DNA of 64,000 nt from Anaeromyxobacter sp. (GTDB lineage: Bacteria > Myxococcota > Myxococcia > Myxococcales > Anaeromyxobacteraceae): the NCBI GenBank assembly GCA_049840735.1, contig JASGJN010000026.1, positions 512,001 through 576,000 on the forward strand, read 5' to 3'. The position numbers were made by a program, and so were the translations under genes. Positions 36,981 to 46,581 of the stretch are shown one piece after another (position 1 is the stretch's first letter; every line of letters begins with the position of its first letter). The notes below the pieces were generated by a model, which was not told where the DNA came from, searched no databases, and worked only from the letters and a program-made list of their open reading frames with translations.

Positions 36981-38354
36981 GGCGGCCAGCCGCTCGGCCT
37001 GGCCGCGGGCCCGGGCTGCCTGGGCACCGTCCCCGCCCAGCGCCAGCGCCCGGGCCGTGAGCCGCCACGCGGGCGGGCTGGCCGGGCGGGCCCGGACGCG
37101 CTCGGAGGCGAGCGCCTGGGCCAGCGCGGCGCGGCCGGCGCGCAGCGCGGCCTCGACGAGCGTGAGCGACAGCGCGTCCCGCTGCGCGTTGGACCCGCCG
37201 AACCGGACCGCCTGGTGGCGGACCGGGTGGAGCGCCTCCACGCAGGCGTCGTGCTGGCCGCGGCCGAAGGCCAGCAGGGCCCGCCCCACCGGCAGCGCCA
37301 CCTCGCGCACCATGCGCGCGTTGCTGCCAGTGCCCGCCGCCTGCGCCTCGAGCGCCGCCACCTGGGCCGCGGCGTCGGCGTCGCGCCCGGCCGCCACGAA
37401 GGCCATGAGCGCGTGGACGTCGTTGAACGCGTAGTACCCCTCGCCCAGGCGCGGGCGCCAGTCGTCGGCCAACCGCTGCGCCCGCTCCCCCGCGTCCTGC
37501 CCGAGCAGGAACAGCCGCCAGACGAGCGCGGAGGCGTCGATCAGCTCCAGCACGGCCTCGCTGCGCGCCGGCCGGATCCGCTGGTCGTAGAGCGCCAGGG
37601 CCGCCGCCACGTCCCCGCGGTCGAGGTGGTACAGCGCCAGGTGCCACCAGTTGTGGATGGCGAAGGCGTTGTCCGGGGCCCAGTGCCGGCTGGCCTCCGT
37701 GAGCCAGGCGATCCCCTCGCCCAGCCGCGCCTGCATCTCCAGCACGTGCGCCACCGCGTGCCCGGCCCAGGCGTCGGAGGGCGCGACGGCCACGGCGCGG
37801 CGCCCGGCCTCCTCGGCGCGGGCGTACTCGCCGTTCTCCTCCAGGCCGAAGGCGTACATCCCGAGCACGTAGCCGTGGCCGGGCACGCCCTCGTCCCAGG
37901 CGTGCAGCGCCTGGGCCACCGCGTCGCGGAGCCGCGCGGTGCGCCCGAGGCAGAAGCTGCCCAGGTGCGCCAGCTGGATGGCCAGCGCGTCGCGCGGGAA
38001 CTCCGCCGCCAGCCGATCCCAGCGGTCCACGGCGCCGTCGAAGTCGCGCTCCACCCAGGCGCGCGCGGCCGCCAGGTGGCCCCGCTCGCGGTCGGTGGCG
38101 CGGCCGGCGGCGGCCTCGCCGGCCTCCACCGCCGCGCGCAGCATGAACTCGAGGGGCTGCTCGGTGGCGGTGACGAGGAGCGCGGCCTTGAAGGCATGGC
38201 CCATGACGAAGGTCGGGTCGCGCTCCAGGGCGGCGTCGATGGTGGCGAGCGCGGCGGCCGAGTAGCCGAGCAGCTGGCCGGTGGCCTGGTCGAGCGCCTC
38301 CGCGCTGGCCGGGTGGGGGGTGGAGAGGGTGAGGCCCCTGGCGTCGTGCAGCAT
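36978..38354 (-). CDS. TPR protein, TTC38-like
   Basis: GMYAFGLEE, WAGHAVAHV, HNWWHLAL, GGSNAQRD. Confidence 0.8.
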   Translation of the reverse strand: MLHDARGLTLSTPHPASAEALDQATGQLLGYSAAALATIDAALERDPTFVMGHAFKAALLVTATEQPLEFMLRAAVEAGEAAAGRATDRERGHLAAARAWVERDFDGAVDRWDRLAAEFPRDALAIQLAHLGSFCLGRTARLRDAVAQALHAWDEGVPGHGYVLGMYAFGLEENGEYARAEEAGRRAVAVAPSDAWAGHAVAHVLEMQARLGEGIAWLTEASRHWAPDNAFAIHNWWHLALYHLDRGDVAAALALYDQRIRPARSEAVLELIDASALVWRLFLLGQDAGERAQRLADDWRPRLGEGYYAFNDVHALMAFVAAGRDADAAAQVAALEAQAAGTGSNARMVREVALPVGRALLAFGRGQHDACVEALHPVRHQAVRFGGSNAQRDALSLTLVEAALRAGRAALAQALASERVRARPASPPAWRLTARALALGGDGAQAARARGQAERLAA

Positions 38355-38401
38355 GGCTTGATTCCTCCGGTTCGGGTGAACGAGGGGAGGATGCGGAGGG
38401 C

Positions 38402-38441
38402 CCGGGAATGGGGCGTGATCCCCGCGTGAACCGCGCGGGAA
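38402..38441. promoter_or_regulatory. Four heptamer direct repeats at 11-bp spacing (SARP-type site)
   Basis: ccgggaa, gcgtgat, gcgtgaa, gcgggaa at 38402, 38413, 38424, 38435. Confidence 0.6.
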
Positions 38442-38488
38442 ATGCGCACGCCGTCCGGGCCGGCTACGTCGGGGTTGGAGGTGACCGG

Positions 38489-40474
38489 ATGATCCGGCCT
38501 CAGCTGAGCCTGCTCGGCTCGTTCGGGCTGTCCGCCGGCGGCGTCGAGCGGGCGCTCCCCACGCGCAAGGCGCAGGCGCTGCTGGCGCTGCTGGCGCGGC
38601 GCCCGGGCGCGGCGCTGGCGCGCGCGCACCTGGCCGGCCTGCTCTGGCCCGACGTACCTGACGCGCAGGGGCGGGCCAGCCTGCGCCAGGCGCTCTCGGC
38701 GCTGCGGCGCGCGCTGGCGGAGGCGGGCGCGGACGGGCCGGACGGGAGGGGCGACGCGGTGGCGCTCCCGGCCGAGGCGCTGGACGTGGACGTTGCCGAG
38801 CTGGAGCGCGCGCTGGCGCGCGGCGACCTGGCCGCGGCGGTGCGGCACTACCGCGGTCCGCTCCTGGACGGCTTCCCGCCGGTGACGGATCTCTTCGACG
38901 CCTGGCTCGAGGGCGAGCGGCAGGCGCTGGCGGCGCGGGCCGCCGGGGCGCTGCGCGAGCGGCTGGGGGCCCTGGCCGAGGCCGGGGACGTCGAGGCGCT
39001 GGCGCTGGGGGAGCGGGCGCTGGCGCTGGATCCGGCCTTCGAGCCGGCCTACCGCGCGCGGATGCGGGTGCTGGCGGCGGGCGGCGACCGGGCGGGGGCG
39101 CTGCGCGAGTTCGAGCGCTGCCGGGCGGCGCTGGCGCGGGCGGTGGGGGCGGAGCCGTCGGCGGAGACGCAGGCGCTGCGCCGGGCGCTGGAGCAGGAGA
39201 CGGGGAGGCCGGAGGAGCGGCGGGCGCCCACCGTGGCGGTCCTGCCCTTCGAGGTGCTGGCGCTGGAGCCGTCCGCCGAGGTGTTCGCCCGCGGGCTGGC
39301 GGAGGAGGTGGGCCTGGCGCTGTCGCGGTTCAGGTCGCTGCAGGTGATCGCGCGCGAGTCGGCGGCGCGGGCGGCGGCGGAGGGGCTGGACGCGGCCGGC
39401 CTGGGCCGGGCGCTGGGGGCGGAGTACCTGCTCTCCGGCAGCGTGCGCGCGGCGGGCGGGCGGCTCCGGGCGGCGCCGCGGCTGGTGGAGGCCGCCTCCG
39501 GGCGCCAGCTCTGGGCCGAGCGGTACGACGCCGACCTGGCCGAGGTCTTCGACGTGCAGGACCGGATCGCCGGCGCGGTCGCGAGCGCGCTGGTGATGGG
39601 CATCGACGCGCGCGAGCTGGAGCGGGCGCGCGAGCGCGCGCCCGAGCGGCTCGACGCCTACGCCTGCTGCGTCCGCGGGATGACCGCGCTCCGCGCCGGG
39701 AGCGCGGAGGGGGACCGCGAGGCGCGGGCGCTGTTCCAGCGGGCGCTGGCGCTCGACCCCGGCTGCGCCCGGGCGCTCTCCGGCCTGTCGCTCTCGCACT
39801 TCAACGACTGGAGCTGCTCGGCCTGGGAGCGGTGGGACGAGAACGAGCGCGAGGCCTTCCGCTACGCGGAGGCGGCCGAACGGCTCGACCCGCGCGACCA
39901 CCACGCCCACTGCGTGCTGGCGCGGATCCTCTGCTACCGGCGCGAGTTCGACGGCGCCGCCCATCACCTGGAGCGGGCCCTGGCGCTCAACGGCAGCGAC
40001 GCGGACGCGCTGGTCCACCTGGCGGTGGCCGCCACCTACCTGGGCGACGCCGGGCGCGGCCGGACGCTGGCCCAGGCCGCGCGCCGGCTGCATCCGTTCC
40101 ACCCGGACTGGTACGACGCCGCCCTGGCCTTCGCCCATCTCCTGGGACGGGAGCCGCGCCAGGCGATCGCGCTGGTGGAGCGCGCGCCGGACCTGTTCGT
40201 GGACTCGCGCGCGCTGCTGGCGGTCGCGCACGCCCACCTCGGTGAGCTCACCCGGGCCCGCGAGGAGGCGGTCCGCTTCCTCCACCGGTTCCAGCGCCAG
40301 ATCGCGCCCGGCGCCCGCCCCGCCGACGCGGTCACGTGGATGCTGCGCGTGAACCCGCTCCGTCGCGCCGAGGACCGCGCCTGGCTGGTGGCCGGGCTGG
40401 TCGCGGCGGGGGTCCCGGCGGACGCGGCGGCGCTCGAGGCCGGCGGCGGGCAGGGGGCGGGCCTTCCTGCGTGA
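38489..40474 (+). CDS. SARP/BTAD transcriptional regulator with TolB-like and TPR domains
   Basis: KAQALLALLA, LLWPD, SLRQAL, YRGPLLDG, VAVLPF, LWAERYD. Confidence 0.85.
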   Translation: MIRPQLSLLGSFGLSAGGVERALPTRKAQALLALLARRPGAALARAHLAGLLWPDVPDAQGRASLRQALSALRRALAEAGADGPDGRGDAVALPAEALDVDVAELERALARGDLAAAVRHYRGPLLDGFPPVTDLFDAWLEGERQALAARAAGALRERLGALAEAGDVEALALGERALALDPAFEPAYRARMRVLAAGGDRAGALREFERCRAALARAVGAEPSAETQALRRALEQETGRPEERRAPTVAVLPFEVLALEPSAEVFARGLAEEVGLALSRFRSLQVIARESAARAAAEGLDAAGLGRALGAEYLLSGSVRAAGGRLRAAPRLVEAASGRQLWAERYDADLAEVFDVQDRIAGAVASALVMGIDARELERARERAPERLDAYACCVRGMTALRAGSAEGDREARALFQRALALDPGCARALSGLSLSHFNDWSCSAWERWDENEREAFRYAEAAERLDPRDHHAHCVLARILCYRREFDGAAHHLERALALNGSDADALVHLAVAATYLGDAGRGRTLAQAARRLHPFHPDWYDAALAFAHLLGREPRQAIALVERAPDLFVDSRALLAVAHAHLGELTRAREEAVRFLHRFQRQIAPGARPADAVTWMLRVNPLRRAEDRAWLVAGLVAAGVPADAAALEAGGGQGAGLPA

Positions 40475-40643
40475 TCGGCTCCGCCTCGCGGCGGACCGGC
40501 CGCGCCTCGCGGCGGGGTGGAAGGGCAATGGAAGGAAGCGACCTCAGTCCCATCACGAACAGTCAATGGCGAACTGATCGCGCCCCACTCGAGCTATCGC
40601 CGGCGATAGTTGACCGGGGTTGCCTCGAACGCGTGCGCGGCGC

Positions 40644-41129
40644 CTACCACGGCGCCGGCTGGTCCGAGAGGACGCCGTCGGTGGCGGTGGCCTGGTCGAG
40701 GCTGCCGGCCTTGGCCTGGATGCAGAGGTAGGCCAGCGGCTCGGGGCCGGTGGCGCGCCAGCTGCGCAGGGCGGGCGGGGCGATGCGCACGGCCGAGCCG
40801 GCGGAGACGGGGATCCTCTCGCCGTCCACCAGCAGCTCGCCCTGGCCGGAGAGGAAGACGTACAGCTCCTCGTTCTGCTTGTGGGCGTGGAAGAAGGGGT
40901 AGACCTGGCCCGGCTGCAGGAGGCCGAAGGAGACCTCGGTCCCGGTCATGCCCAGCGTCTGGCCCAGGAAGACCTTCCCTGCGAACGGGCCGATGCGCGT
41001 CTGGCGCAGGTACTCGCTCCAGCCGGCGCTGGGGCCGTAGTCGGCGCTGGAGAAGTTCGGGCCCTGGCGGACGGCGGCGGGCTGGCGGCTGCCGGGGGCG
41101 AAGCTGGGGGCGGGGACGTGCTGGGGCAT
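40644..41129 (-). CDS. Cupin-domain protein
   Basis: PFFHAHKQNEELY cupin motif. Confidence 0.85.
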   Translation of the reverse strand: MPQHVPAPSFAPGSRQPAAVRQGPNFSSADYGPSAGWSEYLRQTRIGPFAGKVFLGQTLGMTGTEVSFGLLQPGQVYPFFHAHKQNEELYVFLSGQGELLVDGERIPVSAGSAVRIAPPALRSWRATGPEPLAYLCIQAKAGSLDQATATDGVLSDQPAPW

Positions 41130-41171
41130 GCGCTGCTCCTTCCTGGAACGGGTGAGCTGCCGGACTTGAAA

Positions 41172-41193
41172 ATAGCACGACCGTTCGTTCTAT
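41172..41193. promoter_or_regulatory. TetR operator candidate
   Basis: ATAGCACGA-ccgt-TCGTTCTAT inverted repeat between divergent cupin and tetR genes. Confidence 0.6.
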
Positions 41194-41262
41194 GATGCGT
41201 TCGTGCGTCGCAGCCCCGCCGGGCTTCCCTGGGGGGCGACTTTCGAGGAGGCTCTGGCGGGC

Positions 41263-41901
41263 ATGGGCATCGGTGCGGTCACGCGCGAGCGGATCCTGGA
41301 CGAGGCGGTGCGGCTGGCCAGCCGCGACGGCCTGGTGGCGCTCACCATCGGCACGCTGGCCGACGCGCTCGCGCTCTCGAAGAGCGGCCTCTTCGCCCAC
41401 TTCGGCTCGAAGGAGGCGCTGCAGCTGGCGGTCATCGAGCGGGTGGGGCTGATGTACCGCGAGCGCGCGCTGGCCCCGGCCGCGGCGCTCCCGGCCGGCC
41501 CGGAGCGGCTGCGCGCGCTCCTCCGCGGCATGCTCGACTGGATGGACGCCTCCGACCTGCCCGGCGGCTGCCCCATCTCGGCGGCGTCGTTCGAGCTGGA
41601 CGGCCAGGCCGCCGGGCCGCTGCGCGAGGCGGTGGCCGCCGCCATCCAGGCAGGCCTGCAGCGCAACGCGCAGGCCTTCCGCGAGTGCCTGCCCGGGGTC
41701 GGCGACGCGGAGCAGGCCGCCTTCGAGCTGCGGGCCATCACGCTCGGCTACCACGTGGCGTCGCGGCTGCTGCGGGATCCGCAGGCGCGCCGCCGGGCGG
41801 AGGCCGCGTTCGAGGCGCTGCTGGCGCGGGGGGCGGTAGGTAGGAAGGGCGGATCCCCGGCGAAGTCCGCGCCGAAGCGCAAGTCCGCGCGGCGCGCCTG
41901 A
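41263..41901 (+). CDS. TetR-family regulator
   Basis: TRERIL, LSKSGLFAHFGSKEAL, GGCP. Confidence 0.92.
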   Translation: MGIGAVTRERILDEAVRLASRDGLVALTIGTLADALALSKSGLFAHFGSKEALQLAVIERVGLMYRERALAPAAALPAGPERLRALLRGMLDWMDASDLPGGCPISAASFELDGQAAGPLREAVAAAIQAGLQRNAQAFRECLPGVGDAEQAAFELRAITLGYHVASRLLRDPQARRRAEAAFEALLARGAVGRKGGSPAKSAPKRKSARRA

Positions 41902-41947
41902 GGCCCGGCGCGGGCTCACTGGCTGGAAACCGGTGAGGGTCCACCCT

Positions 41948-42091
41948 CCGTTCGTGGTGGCCGTAGGGCCGGGCTCGCGCCGGCCGGTCGGTCAACCCGG
42001 CCCGGAGTCGAACCAGGAACGGGATCCGCGAGCGGGTCCCTGTCCTTCGACTCCGCGCCCGCTGCGCGGGCGCTACGCTCAGGACGAACGG
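41948..42091. repeat. Pair of REP-like copies (degenerate 41948-42014; intact 42044-42091)
   Basis: ccgttcg...GTAG...ggagtcgaa followed by ccttcgactccg...ctacgctcaggacgaacgg. Confidence 0.75.
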
Positions 42092-42191
42092 GGCCGTGGC
42101 AAGCCCCGGCTTCGAAGCCCCAACGCACGAGGCCCCGGTCCGCTCGGACCGGGGCCCCGGGTGACCGCCTCGTGCTCCGCGGTCCGCCGCC

Positions 42192-43019
42192 CTACCGCAC
42201 CACGTTGAGGATGGTCCGCGCCGGCGGGTCCGGGATCTCCGGGTTGCGCTGGCCGCAGGGCTTCTCGGCCACGGCGTTGCCGCAGCCCTTCTTGCGCAGG
42301 CCGACGAGGTCCTTCACCAGCTCGGCCTTCATGAGCTGGATGGCCTTGGCCGGGTCCACGCCCTTCGGGCACACCTGCGAGCACTCGCCGGCGAAGTGGC
42401 AGCGCCAGGGGCCGCGCTCGCCGGAGAGCACCTCGGCGCGCTGCGCGAAGCCCTCGTCGCGCGAGTCGGCGTTGTAGCGGTGCGCCTGGGCCAGCGGCAT
42501 GGGGCCGGCGTAGACCGGGTCGGTGGCCAGCGTCGGGCAGGCGCCCATGCAGCAGCCGCACTTGATGCAGTAGCTGAACTGGAGGTAGCGCTCCAGCTCG
42601 TGCGGCGACTGCCAGTACTCGCCGGTGGGGGCCTCCTGCTCGGCCACGTCCTCGCGGATCAGGTACGGCTTCATCGCCTTGTGCGAGGCGAAGAGCGAGG
42701 ACAGGTCGGGGACCAGGTCCTTGAAGATGGCGAAGTTGGGCAGCGGGCCGACGGCGACGACGTCCGCCTCCAGCTCGGAGATCTGGGTGTTGCAGGCCAA
42801 GCCCGGGCGCCCGTTGATGAGCATGCCGCAGGAGCCGCAGATGCCCATGCGGCACGAGGACCGCCAGGCCAGCGTGGGCGCGTGGGTCTCCTTGATGCGC
42901 CACAGGCCGTCCAGCACGGTCATGCCGGGCGTGGCCTCGACGGCGTACTCCTCCCAGTGCGGGGCCGCGTCCTTCTCCGGCTCGTAGCGGCGGACCCGGA
43001 AGATCACCTGCTTCGCCAT
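42192..43019 (-). CDS. sdhB: Succinate dehydrogenase/fumarate reductase Fe-S subunit
   Basis: SCRMGICGSC, CIKCGCCMGACP, CHFAGECSQVCP. Confidence 0.92.
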   Translation of the reverse strand: MAKQVIFRVRRYEPEKDAAPHWEEYAVEATPGMTVLDGLWRIKETHAPTLAWRSSCRMGICGSCGMLINGRPGLACNTQISELEADVVAVGPLPNFAIFKDLVPDLSSLFASHKAMKPYLIREDVAEQEAPTGEYWQSPHELERYLQFSYCIKCGCCMGACPTLATDPVYAGPMPLAQAHRYNADSRDEGFAQRAEVLSGERGPWRCHFAGECSQVCPKGVDPAKAIQLMKAELVKDLVGLRKKGCGNAVAEKPCGQRNPEIPDPPARTILNVVR

Positions 43020-43021
43020 GG

Positions 43022-43414
43022 CTAGCCTCCCACCGCCGCCGAGGCGGCCTGCGCGAGGGCCTGGGCCTGGATGGCCACCCACGCGCCGAACACGAACAGC
43101 GCCACGCCGCCCACCGTGAGGACGGCGTCGATGGCCTTCGCCAGCCGCGGCCCCGGCCCCAGCTCGCGCAGGATGTTGCGCAGGCCGTAGAAGCCGTGGA
43201 ACAGCGCCGCGCCCAGCATCACCACGTAGCCGACGGCGAAGCCGATGGCCTTGGTGCGGGCGATGACGCTGGCCCACTCCACCGGGTGGACGCCGGCCAG
43301 GCCGAACCAGCCCAGCGTGGCGTCGAGGTGCATGATGGCCATGTGCAGGCCCAGGCCCAGGAAGAGGACCAGGCCGGCCAGGAGGTGCAGCGCCCAGAGG
43401 GTCCTGTCGCGCAT
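43022..43414 (-). CDS. sdhD: Succinate dehydrogenase membrane anchor
   Basis: Three TM helices, His ligands, FHGFYGLR. Confidence 0.75.
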   Translation of the reverse strand: MRDRTLWALHLLAGLVLFLGLGLHMAIMHLDATLGWFGLAGVHPVEWASVIARTKAIGFAVGYVVMLGAALFHGFYGLRNILRELGPGPRLAKAIDAVLTVGGVALFVFGAWVAIQAQALAQAASAAVGG

Positions 43415-43423
43415 CGTTGGCTC

Positions 43424-43852
43424 CTAGAGGAAGAAGAAGTCGGCCGCGCCCCAGGCGACGATCACGCCCGCGAGCAGCATGCCCACCAGCGCGAGCGGCC
43501 GCTGCCGGCCCACCGAGGTGGCGTAGGGGTAGACCGGCTCGATGGGCTTGCCCACGCCGATCCCCAGCTCCACCAGCACCAGCCGCAGGCCGTTGAGCGC
43601 GTGGAAGCCGAAGGCGGCGAAGACCAGGAACTCGCCCACCACGAAGACCGGACCGTGGACCAGCCCCATCGACGTGTGCCAGGCCCCCTCGCCGAAGGCG
43701 CGGGCCGAGGTGACGAAGAGGTGGAGGACGAAGTAGGCCAGCAGCGCGAGGCCGCTCACCCGGTGCAGCGTGTAGAGGTAGCGCTCCAGGCCCCAGCGGC
43801 CGCCGATGGCCCAGCCGCGGATGCCCAGCCTGTTGGGATGTGGCTTGCTCAT
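43424..43852 (-). CDS. sdhC: Succinate dehydrogenase cytochrome b subunit
   Basis: LHRVSG, FHALNGLR. Confidence 0.85.
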   Translation of the reverse strand: MSKPHPNRLGIRGWAIGGRWGLERYLYTLHRVSGLALLAYFVLHLFVTSARAFGEGAWHTSMGLVHGPVFVVGEFLVFAAFGFHALNGLRLVLVELGIGVGKPIEPVYPYATSVGRQRPLALVGMLLAGVIVAWGAADFFFL

Positions 43853-43874
43853 GGTTGCTCCGTTCGCGCGGGCC

Positions 43875-43920
43875 CCTTCGGCTTCGCGGCGCTCCGCGCC
43901 GCCAAGCTCGGGGCGAGCGG
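43875..43920 (+). repeat. Degenerate REP-like copy between sdhA and sdhC
   Basis: cccttcggcttcgcggcg...cgccgccaagctcggggcgagcgg. Confidence 0.55.
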
Positions 43921-43923
43921 GCG

Positions 43924-45636
43924 TTAGTACTTGCGCTCCACCGGCTTCCACATGTCGGCCACCACCGGCTTGTACTCGAGCCGGGGGCCGCCCTCGGTGC
44001 GGTAGGCCAGCGTGTGCTTCATCCACTGGTCGTCGTCGCGGGTGGTGAAGTCGCGGCGGGCGTGCGCGCCGCGCGACTCCTGGCGGGCCAGCGCGCCGGC
44101 CACCGTCACCTCGCAGAGGTCCACCAGGTTCTCCAGCTCGAAGGCGTGGATGAGGTTGGAGTTGTAGACCTTGGACTTGTCCAGCACCGGCGCCCTGGCC
44201 ACGCGGGCGCGGAGCTCGCGGATCCCGGCCAGCGCCGCGGAGAGCCCCTCGCCGGTCCGGAACACGCCCACGTGCTTGTCCATCAGCGTGCGCAGCTCGG
44301 TCCGGAGCTTGTAGAGGTTCTCGTCGCCGGTGCGGGCCAGCACCGCCGCGATCCGGTCCTCGGCCGCGGCCAGCGCCGGGGCGCTCGCCTCCGCCGGCCC
44401 CAGCGCCGGCAGCGCCTTCGCGATCTGCTCGCCGCAGATGGCGCCGAACACCAGGCACTCGCCGGTGGAGTTGGAGCCCAGGCGGTTGGCGCCGTGGAGC
44501 GAGACGCAGGAGGCCTCGCCGGCGGCCCAGACGTTGGGGAGCCGGGTGCGGCCGGTGATGTCGCACTCCACGCCGCCCATGGAGTAGTGGGCCACCGGCC
44601 GGATGGGGATGGGCTGCTCGATGGGATCGACGCCCAGGAACTTGATGCAGACCTCGCGGATGAGCGGGAGCCGCTGGTTGATCCGGTCGGCGCCCAGGTG
44701 GCGCAGGTCGAGGTGCAGGAAGTCGAGCCCGTCCTCGCGCGCGTAGCCGCGGCCGGCCTCGATCTCCATCATCTCGGCGCGGGAGACCATGTCACGCGGC
44801 GCCAGCTCCATCTTGGAGGGCGCGTAGGCCTGCATGAACCGCTCGCCCTTGGCGTTGACCAGGTACCCGCCCTCGCCGCGGCAGCCCTCGGTCATGAGGA
44901 TGCCGCTGGGCACGAGGCCCGTGGGGTGGAACTGGAGGAACTCCATGTCCTCCAGCGGCAGGCCGGCCCGGTACGCCATGGCCATGCCGTCGCCGGTCAC
45001 GGTCTGCGAGTAGGTGGTGAAGCCGTGCAGCGTGCCGCCGCCGCCGGAGGCGATGAGCAGCGCCTTGGCCTGGAGCGCCACCGTCTCGCCGCTGGTGGCG
45101 TCGAGGCCCACCAGCGCCTGGAAGCGGCCGTCGGCCACCACCACGTCGGTGATGAACAGCTCGTCGTAGCGGGTGAAGCTGTCGTACCGCTGCAGCTGGT
45201 CGTACAGCGTCTGCATCTCGAAGAAGCCGGTCTTGTCGGCGGCCAGCGTGGCGCGCGGGTAGGAGTGGCCGCCGAAGGGCCGCTGGTCGATGTGCCCGTC
45301 GGCGGTGCGGGTCCACGGGATGCCCCAGTGGTCCAGCTGCCGGATCTCCCTGGGCATGGCCTCGACGAAGGTCCGGACCACGTCCTGGTCGGCCAGGAAG
45401 TCGGAGCCCTTCACCGTGTCCCAGGCGTGCAGCTCGGTGGAGTCGCCCAGGTCGGTGCGCATCACCGCGGCGGTGCCGCCCTCGGCGCAGACCGAGTGGG
45501 CGCGCATGAGCTGCACCTTGGAGACGATGCCGATGTCCACCTTGCCGCCGGTGCGGCGCGACAGCTCCACGGCGGCGCGGAGCCCGGCCAGGCCGGCTCC
45601 GAGGATGAGGACGTCGTGCTTCAGCTGGCGGTCCAT
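43924..45636 (-). CDS. sdhA: Succinate dehydrogenase/fumarate reductase flavoprotein
   Basis: GAGLAG, RAHSVCAEGG, QFHPTG, HYSMGG, HGANRLGSNS, ESRGAH. Confidence 0.95.
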   Translation of the reverse strand: MDRQLKHDVLILGAGLAGLRAAVELSRRTGGKVDIGIVSKVQLMRAHSVCAEGGTAAVMRTDLGDSTELHAWDTVKGSDFLADQDVVRTFVEAMPREIRQLDHWGIPWTRTADGHIDQRPFGGHSYPRATLAADKTGFFEMQTLYDQLQRYDSFTRYDELFITDVVVADGRFQALVGLDATSGETVALQAKALLIASGGGGTLHGFTTYSQTVTGDGMAMAYRAGLPLEDMEFLQFHPTGLVPSGILMTEGCRGEGGYLVNAKGERFMQAYAPSKMELAPRDMVSRAEMMEIEAGRGYAREDGLDFLHLDLRHLGADRINQRLPLIREVCIKFLGVDPIEQPIPIRPVAHYSMGGVECDITGRTRLPNVWAAGEASCVSLHGANRLGSNSTGECLVFGAICGEQIAKALPALGPAEASAPALAAAEDRIAAVLARTGDENLYKLRTELRTLMDKHVGVFRTGEGLSAALAGIRELRARVARAPVLDKSKVYNSNLIHAFELENLVDLCEVTVAGALARQESRGAHARRDFTTRDDDQWMKHTLAYRTEGGPRLEYKPVVADMWKPVERKY

Positions 45637-45868
45637 GCGGACCTCCCTGGGTGAACGACCGCTCGCGCGGGATGGCGAGGCGTGGGCGGGCGAGGTTCGG
45701 AGGTGTCCGGTGCGACGGCGCGTGCGCGGAGCGCGGGCGCCGGCGTCCGACGGCGGCGGAAGCTAGCACACGTTTGCAGCGTGCCCGTCCGGCGAAACGC
45801 CGCGCGCGCAGGCGCACGCGCAGGCGCCGCTGCATGTCACTTGGAGTGACGCGGCCGGGGCCGCGCGG

Positions 45869-46282
45869 TCACATCGCCTTACCGAACTCCAGGTGCGTGT
45901 CGGCCGGCAGCGGCTCCAGCGACTCCAGCGCGAAACGGTTGCGCGACCAGTCCACCGCCAGGCGGAAGCGCAGCTTGGCGCCGGGCACGAGCCCATCCAC
46001 CGCGGGCTGGACGTCAGCCTCGATTCCAAACGGCATGACCATTGACGCCATGCCCACCTTCCGTCCCTGGCCGTCCACGAAGTCCGGGATGGCCTCGTGG
46101 CGGATCCAGAGCTGCCGGGTCGGCCCGCTCCCCTCGATGCGCAGGAGCTCGCCGCGGACGGTGTAGCGCTGCGCCGCGCTCGCCGGGCCGGAGGACGCGG
46201 CGGCCTGCGGCGCGCGCTGCTCGCTGCAGGCGAACAGGGAGAGCAGGGCGGCGGCGGTGGCGAGGGCGCGGGCGGTGGGCAT
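45869..46282 (-). CDS. CusF-like copper-binding lipoprotein
   Basis: Lipobox LFAC; IRHEAIPDF...MASMVMPF motif. Confidence 0.7.
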   Translation of the reverse strand: MPTARALATAAALLSLFACSEQRAPQAAASSGPASAAQRYTVRGELLRIEGSGPTRQLWIRHEAIPDFVDGQGRKVGMASMVMPFGIEADVQPAVDGLVPGAKLRFRLAVDWSRNRFALESLEPLPADTHLEFGKAM

Positions 46283-46581
46283 CGCGGGCTCCGGGGCAGG
46301 CGGTGGGAAGGTTCTCGCACACCGCGGCGAAGGCCTCCAGCGCCGGAGCGAGGTGGCGCGAGACGGTGGCGTTCAGCAGCCCGTAGCCGGACGTCCAGGC
46401 ATGCGGCGCTTTCCAGCAACGATGCCCACGCACCGAAGGTTGGCGCCGGGCGCCCCTGCTGATGCGTCGATTCCGCCACGCGCGCGCGAGGCGTTCGCGG
46501 TACGATCGGGATCTCTCCACTGGAAGGCGCTGCCCCGGCCCGCCCCCGCGGCCCGCCAGGGCCGGACGCGAGGGGTGACCC

